Shown here: positions 59,178 to 64,000 of the stretch, one piece after another
Position numbering within the stretch: position 1 is the first letter of the stretch
How the letters are laid out: the number at the start of each line of letters is the position of its first letter
NCBI GenBank assembly: GCA_964343355.1
Contig: CAYFJC010000001.1
Location: 111 to 64,110, forward strand
Source of the DNA: an uncultured Gammaproteobacteria bacterium
Lineage (GTDB): Bacteria > Pseudomonadota > Gammaproteobacteria > Magnimaribacterales > D2472
Reading direction: 5' to 3'
Length of the DNA stretch: 64,000 bases
Translations under genes and position numbers: made by a program
The notes under the pieces: generated by a model
Databases searched by the model: none
Seen by the model: the letters and a program-made list of their open reading frames with translations, nothing else
Told to the model about the DNA's origin: nothing

Positions 59178-60584
59178 CTAAATACTCTTCCAGATAGTTC
59201 CAGAAGAAGTATCCTCTATTTCTATTCCCATAGAGCTTAGCTGGTCTCTTATTAAATCAGCTGATTTAAAATCTTTATCAGCTCGGGCTTTATTTCTAGA
59301 TTCAATTAATTCATCTATAGCTTCTGGATCGATAGTGTCTTCAGTTATACCAATTTTTAACCAACTACTTGGATCTTCTTGAAGTATCCCTAATATATTT
59401 CCAGATGATAAAAGACTAACCTTGATATCCTTCTTTTCATCATCTGTTTTACTAGAAATATCACCAAGTAAGGTATTTAATTCCATCAAGACTTTTGGTG
59501 TATTGAGGTCATCACAAAGGGCTTCAATAATATTGCTAGGAGGATTACTTAAATCGGCCTCACCTAATTCTACATTCTCTAAATCTCGGAGGATCCTATA
59601 CATCTTATCTAGTAATTTTTTTGCCTGATGTAAGATTCCATCATTCCAATCGAGACCTTGTCTGTAATGAGATGATAACAATGCTAAACGAAGAACTTCT
59701 CCTGGGTAATCTTTTATAAGGTCATCCACTAATAGAATATTATTTAAAGACTTAGACATTTTTTCACTATTAACTGTAACAAAACCGTTATGCATCCAGT
59801 AATTAGAATAAGAGTTAGGATTCTCTATATCAGCACTAGAGCAGCAACTCTGTGCAATCTCATTTTCATGATGAGGAAAAGTAAGGTCTCTTCCACCGCC
59901 ATGGATATCAAAAGGTAATCCTAAGGTTTTTTCAGACATTGCTGAGCATTCTGTATGCCAGCCAGGTCGACCAAAACCCCAAGGTGAATCCCATCCTGGT
60001 TGATCTTTCGAGCTAGGCTTCCAAAGTACAAAATCTGCTGGATCTTTTTTAAATGGAGCAATTTCAACTCTACTTCCTGCTATTTGCTCATCTCTATTCC
60101 TGTTTGATAAGAGTCCATAATTTGGGTATGAAAGAACATCGAAAAGAACGTGACCTTCTCTTTCATATGCATGATCTTTGTTTATCAAGTCTGAAATTAA
60201 TTCAATCATTTCTGGAATATATTCAGTAGCTTTAGGTTGGATATCTGGAATTAGAACTCTAAGTTTTGCCATATCAGTATTATAAATATCTGCATATTTC
60301 TCAGTAATATCTTTAAAAGGAACATTGAGTTTATTTGCAGCATCAATAATTTTATCGTCTATATCAGTAATATTTGATACGTAGGTCACCTTTGGGTATA
60401 AATGTCTAAGAAGCCTTACGAGATTATCAAAGACTACTGCCATTCTTGCATTGCCTATATGAGCAAAATTATAAACAGTCGGACCACATGCATAAATTTT
60501 TATATGCTCAGGGTTTAAAGGCTTGAACTCCTCTTTTTTACCAGAAAGAGTATTATGTATTTTCAGTATCTGCACTATTTGCAC
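59178..60584 (-). CDS. cysS: Cysteine--tRNA ligase
   Basis: 468 aa from the GTG at 60584. It has class I motifs HIGN (HIGH) and KMSKS. The E. coli alignment (MLKIFNTL...) suggests the true start may be the GTG at 60575. Either start overlaps the maf 3' end. Confidence 0.9.
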   Translation of the reverse strand: MQIVQILKIHNTLSGKKEEFKPLNPEHIKIYACGPTVYNFAHIGNARMAVVFDNLVRLLRHLYPKVTYVSNITDIDDKIIDAANKLNVPFKDITEKYADIYNTDMAKLRVLIPDIQPKATEYIPEMIELISDLINKDHAYEREGHVLFDVLSYPNYGLLSNRNRDEQIAGSRVEIAPFKKDPADFVLWKPSSKDQPGWDSPWGFGRPGWHTECSAMSEKTLGLPFDIHGGGRDLTFPHHENEIAQSCCSSADIENPNSYSNYWMHNGFVTVNSEKMSKSLNNILLVDDLIKDYPGEVLRLALLSSHYRQGLDWNDGILHQAKKLLDKMYRILRDLENVELGEADLSNPPSNIIEALCDDLNTPKVLMELNTLLGDISSKTDDEKKDIKVSLLSSGNILGILQEDPSSWLKIGITEDTIDPEAIDELIESRNKARADKDFKSADLIRDQLSSMGIEIEDTSSGTIWKSI

Positions 60585-61218
60585 CAGGTTCTATAGCTTC
60601 TAGATTTATTATATCAAGTTCTCTTAGCTGATTGAGTAATGGAAGAAGGGGCATCCCTCTTACTGTATATGAAGATCCATCTACTGATTTAAATAAATTA
60701 CAGCCGAGTGATTCAAATTTATAAGCACCTGCAGCACCAATAGGATCTTCTGCTTGAACATAATTAATTATCTCTTGATCTGAAAGTTCGTGCATTGTCA
60801 TGGTTGCATACTCTGAATACTTCCATACAGGTTTATTATTTTGATAGATACAAATACCACTGTATTGAAAATGAGAAGTACCAGAAAGTTTTTTTAGATT
60901 ATTAATTGCATTTTCTTGAGTTCCAGGTTTATCAAATATTGTATTGTTATGAATACACATCTGATCTCCACCAATAACAAACGCTTCAGGAAACTGAGAA
61001 CTAACTGCCGATGCTTTAGCTTCTGCTAATGCAATAACCTGCTCATTAAAGGGCAATGAGCATATTTTTTCTTTTAAGATAGATTCATCAACATCAGAAG
61101 TAACCACTTTAAAGTTTACACCTGCATCTTCAAGCATAACTTTTCTGCTGGCTGAGCCAGAAGCAAGAATGAGAGGCTTTTTAGTTTGAATAAATAAAGA
61201 AGCAGACCTATTGGTCAT
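60553..61218 (-). CDS. maf: Maf-family nucleoside triphosphate pyrophosphatase
   Basis: 221 aa with ILASGSASRKVMLEDAG (Maf N-terminal motif). GAYKFESLG and VRGMPLLPL patterns are present. Confidence 0.8.
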   Translation of the reverse strand: MTNRSASLFIQTKKPLILASGSASRKVMLEDAGVNFKVVTSDVDESILKEKICSLPFNEQVIALAEAKASAVSSQFPEAFVIGGDQMCIHNNTIFDKPGTQENAINNLKKLSGTSHFQYSGICIYQNNKPVWKYSEYATMTMHELSDQEIINYVQAEDPIGAAGAYKFESLGCNLFKSVDGSSYTVRGMPLLPLLNQLRELDIINLEAIEPGANSADTENT

Positions 61219-61811
61219 TAACTTGAAGCATTACCAGAAGCTATTAAGTTCATAAACTCAGCTCTTGTTTTAGGGTCTTGTTTAAAGAGACCTAACATTC
61301 TGCTAGTCACTGTACTTGCTTCTGTTTTATGAATACCTCTGGTTGACATACATTCGTGTGCAGCATCTATAACCACTGCAACTCCTCTTGGCTGAAGAAC
61401 TCTTTCAATAGTATCGGCAATTTGAGCAGTCATTGTTTCTTGCGTCTGAAGGCGTTTCCCAAATATATCAACTACTCTGGCTAATTTACTTATACCTACA
61501 ACTCTTTTGTTTGGTATATAACCAACATGAGCTATTCCTATAATTGGAACCATGTGATGTTCGCAATGAGATTCAACTCGAATATTTCTTACAATAACCA
61601 TTTCATCATAACCCTCAACTTCTTCAAAAGTTTTAGCTAGGGCCGCTTCTGGGTCAATATTGTAGCCTTCAAAAAACTCAGTATAAGATCTTACTACTCT
61701 ATCTGGGGTTTCAAGTAATCCTTCACGAGTTGGATCATCTCCAGCCCATGAGATTAAAGTTTTAACTGCTTCCATTGCTTCTTCTTTAGTAGGCCTGATA
61801 GTATCTGACAT
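61218..61811 (-). CDS. folE: GTP cyclohydrolase I (type 1)
   Basis: 197 aa. It has [16 protein letters not shown], the zinc site CEHHMVPI and QETMTAQIA. Confidence 0.9.
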   Translation of the reverse strand: MSDTIRPTKEEAMEAVKTLISWAGDDPTREGLLETPDRVVRSYTEFFEGYNIDPEAALAKTFEEVEGYDEMVIVRNIRVESHCEHHMVPIIGIAHVGYIPNKRVVGISKLARVVDIFGKRLQTQETMTAQIADTIERVLQPRGVAVVIDAAHECMSTRGIHKTEASTVTSRMLGLFKQDPKTRAEFMNLIASGNASS

Positions 61812-61905
61812 ATTTTTTCCTAAATGTGTATTCTGTTTGATGCCATTTTATCTGATATGAGATTAAATAAAAGTCTAAATTGCATACCTTGGCTAATAAT
61901 TTATA

Positions 61906-62871
61906 TTAAATAAGGTTTTTAATAGGTTTTTCATTAATAATATTTAACAGATTTTTACAAAATAATTCATTCATCCTGATAATTGCATGTAATGAATGAG
62001 CTGAATCATGAGAGGAAATATAACAATTATCAGCATCCCATAAACCCGATTGATTGGGTAACGGCTCTACTTTAGTTGTATCAAGTGCTGCGCAGGCTAT
62101 CTCACCTGAATTTAGCGCTTTTATTAGATCATCTTCATTTACTGCATTTCCTCTGCCTACATTAATAAACATAGCTGTATCTTTCATTAACGATAAAGTT
62201 TCTTTATTTATAATATTGTCATTTTCTTGGGAAGATGGAAGGCAGGCAATAACAAAATCTGCATGCGGTAGAAGCTCTAATGTTTTATCTGGGTGCTGAA
62301 CTGAGTCTGCAAAAGCACATTCAAAAGTGGAGCGCTTAGTTGCAGTTACATTCATGCCAAAGCTTTTAGCTAATCTTCCAACTTCTTGACCAATACCACC
62401 ATAACCAAGAATTAATATGCTTTTGTAGGTAAGCTCACCATCTCCACCCCAAGCCTCCCAATTAGTGTTTTTTTGTAATTCAATATGTTTATCAATTCTT
62501 TTAGTCCATCTAAGCATTTGAGCAAAAACATAATTAGCAATAGGTATTGCATGAATACCACTAGCATTTGCTACTTTTGCATTTGTTTTAAGAATATTCT
62601 GAATAAGTGGGCTATCGGTACCAGCATAACCGGTTTGGATAAAATCCATTTGTTCACAAAGTTTAATAAGTGGTTTTGCTATATCTGGATTTAAATCAGC
62701 CGCAAACATAAATTCATAAGTGAGAAAAAAAATATCACATTTTTCTATACCCTTCCATGAAGGGTTTGCAGGGTTATTGGGATCAATTGAAATTAATTCT
62801 ATAGAAGGATCAACTTGTTTTATTTGATCACCAAAGAATTGCTTTGTGTTATTAGATACTAGAACTTTCAT
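61906..62871 (-). CDS. D-isomer-specific 2-hydroxyacid dehydrogenase-family protein
   Basis: 321 aa. It has NAD motif ILGYGGIGQEVGRLAKSFGMNV, plus NVGRGNAVNEDDL and a catalytic His region (SSHDSAHS). Confidence 0.8.
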   Translation of the reverse strand: MKVLVSNNTKQFFGDQIKQVDPSIELISIDPNNPANPSWKGIEKCDIFFLTYEFMFAADLNPDIAKPLIKLCEQMDFIQTGYAGTDSPLIQNILKTNAKVANASGIHAIPIANYVFAQMLRWTKRIDKHIELQKNTNWEAWGGDGELTYKSILILGYGGIGQEVGRLAKSFGMNVTATKRSTFECAFADSVQHPDKTLELLPHADFVIACLPSSQENDNIINKETLSLMKDTAMFINVGRGNAVNEDDLIKALNSGEIACAALDTTKVEPLPNQSGLWDADNCYISSHDSAHSLHAIIRMNELFCKNLLNIINEKPIKNLI

Positions 62872-62873
62872 AA

Positions 62874-63569
62874 TTAATCTGTGTCGATGTTCATGCTAAT
62901 TTGTTGCTCAACCTTAAATCCAGCTTCTATATCAATAGGTTCAATTGCGTTAAGAGATTTTTTAGCCAAAACTAAAGAATGTCTTTCTTTGCCCGCTATT
63001 GTTTCTGCTAATCTAAAAGCAGCCTCATGAAGTTCCTCTATAGAGTCATGCAAAGATGTAATTGCGCCATATTTATTTGCCTCTTCAGCAGAAATTGGTT
63101 CACCAGTTAAAATCATCTGCCTGACAATATTTGAAGGAAATAATCTTGTCATATGCGCTGCACCTACTACGACCCTAAAGTTAATACCCGGAAAACCAAA
63201 ATAAGCATCCTTCGAAGCTAATATAAAATCACCGGATGCAGGAATAAAAACTCCAGCACCTAAAGCATAACCATGACAGGCTGTAATTACTGGAATATTG
63301 CACATATGAATGCTTCTTGCTGCTTTCCAAAGATGATCCATTAAAGTGGGGACTAATTCAATATTGTCTCTAGTTTCAGCTTTATCAGCACCACCACAAA
63401 AACCCTTACCTGAAGCTGTTATAACTATAACGTTTACTGATTTATCTTCAGATAAATCATTTATAATATTACAAAGATTGAGCCATTGAGTTGAATCAAT
63501 TGCATTAACTGGGGGGCAATCGATATTAATTTTGGCAATTCGTCCTTCTTTAGTATGATGAATTGGCAT
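62874..63569 (-). CDS. Enoyl-CoA hydratase/isomerase (crotonase)-family protein
   Basis: 231 aa. The oxyanion-hole region reads ITASGKGFCGGADK, with a second helix region GYALGAGVF. Confidence 0.8.
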   Translation of the reverse strand: MPIHHTKEGRIAKINIDCPPVNAIDSTQWLNLCNIINDLSEDKSVNVIVITASGKGFCGGADKAETRDNIELVPTLMDHLWKAARSIHMCNIPVITACHGYALGAGVFIPASGDFILASKDAYFGFPGINFRVVVGAAHMTRLFPSNIVRQMILTGEPISAEEANKYGAITSLHDSIEELHEAAFRLAETIAGKERHSLVLAKKSLNAIEPIDIEAGFKVEQQISMNIDTD

Positions 63570-63609
63570 AAAGCTCCTTAATTTTTAATAAAGTATTTTA
63601 ATTGTAACA

Positions 63610-64000
63610 ATGTCAAAGATAAAAGCATTAATAAATCCTGTAACTCCCTTTCAGCAGAATGCTCCAATAATTTACTGCACTGAAACAAGAAAGTGTGCAT
63701 TTGTAGATCCAGGTGGAGATCTAGAAATCTTGCTTGAAGCTGCAAAGCAAAATAACTTAATACCTGAAAAAATTCTTTTAACACATGCTCATATCGATCA
63801 TGCTGGAGGTGCTCATGAGCTTTCAAGAATTCTTAATCTCAAAATAGAAGGTCCTCATAAAGATGATCAATTTCTAATAGATACTATTGAAGAGCAAGGG
63901 CGGATGATGGGAATACCAGCTAAGAAATTTATTCCTGATATTTGGTTTAAAGATGGTGATCAAGTAAGTGTTGGTAACTTAATATTAGATATTTATTTTT
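63610..64000 (+). CDS. MBL-fold hydrolase (glyoxalase II-like); C-terminal part lies outside the window
   Basis: Not in the ORF track because it runs off the window. My translation from ATG 63610 reads MSKIKALINPVTPFQQNAPIIYCTETRKCAFVDPGGDLEILLEAAKQNNLIPEKILLTHAHIDHAGGAHELS..., with the MBL motif THAHIDH. The ORF-track entry 63578..63826 (-) is its antisense shadow. Confidence 0.75.
   Translation, partial: MSKIKALINPVTPFQQNAPIIYCTETRKCAFVDPGGDLEILLEAAKQNNLIPEKILLTHAHIDHAGGAHELSRILNLKIEGPHKDDQFLIDTIEEQGRMMGIPAKKFIPDIWFKDGDQVSVGNLILDIYF

Noticed and set aside
63578-63826. 82-aa minus-strand ORF in the ORF track
   Set aside because: It is antisense to a much better plus-strand reading frame starting at 63610, which encodes an MBL-fold protein with THAHIDH. 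The minus-strand product has no motifs.

Overview
This is a 64-kb, AT-rich (about 30% GC, estimated by eye) and very densely packed chromosomal segment. Gene content and order point to a streamlined marine gammaproteobacterium: zipA is present, with smc-zipA-ligA, ccmABCDEFGHI, aceEF, two TonB-dependent receptors and many abutting or overlapping genes. This is inference only, since no database search was possible. I call 53 CDS (two are cut by the window ends and missing from the ORF track; several ORF-track starts were re-set to internal start codons), one tRNA-Leu(UAG), three clear GC-rich intrinsic terminators and a few candidate regulatory sites. I found no transposase, integrase, prophage, CRISPR array or recognisable defence or toxin genes. 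Five objects stand out. (1) A 2668-aa lipoprotein (9450..17456) strings together about 13 cadherin-like repeats of about 90 aa, an embedded cupredoxin-like module with an amicyanin-type His/Cys-x2-His-x2-Met ligand pattern, and an internal subtilase with its own PPC and pro-like regions. (2) An SMC protein has canonical heads but no recognisable hinge, and an old tandem duplication in each coiled-coil arm. (3) An alpha/beta-hydrolase with a GHSMGG elbow is fused to a polytopic membrane domain. (4) LigA carries an insertion of about 42 aa inside its Cys4 zinc finger. (5) An adjacent acyl-CoA dehydrogenase pair has one member with a degenerate FAD motif. All functional calls rest on motifs read from the translations plus textbook family knowledge. 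None has been checked with HMM, BLAST or structure tools.
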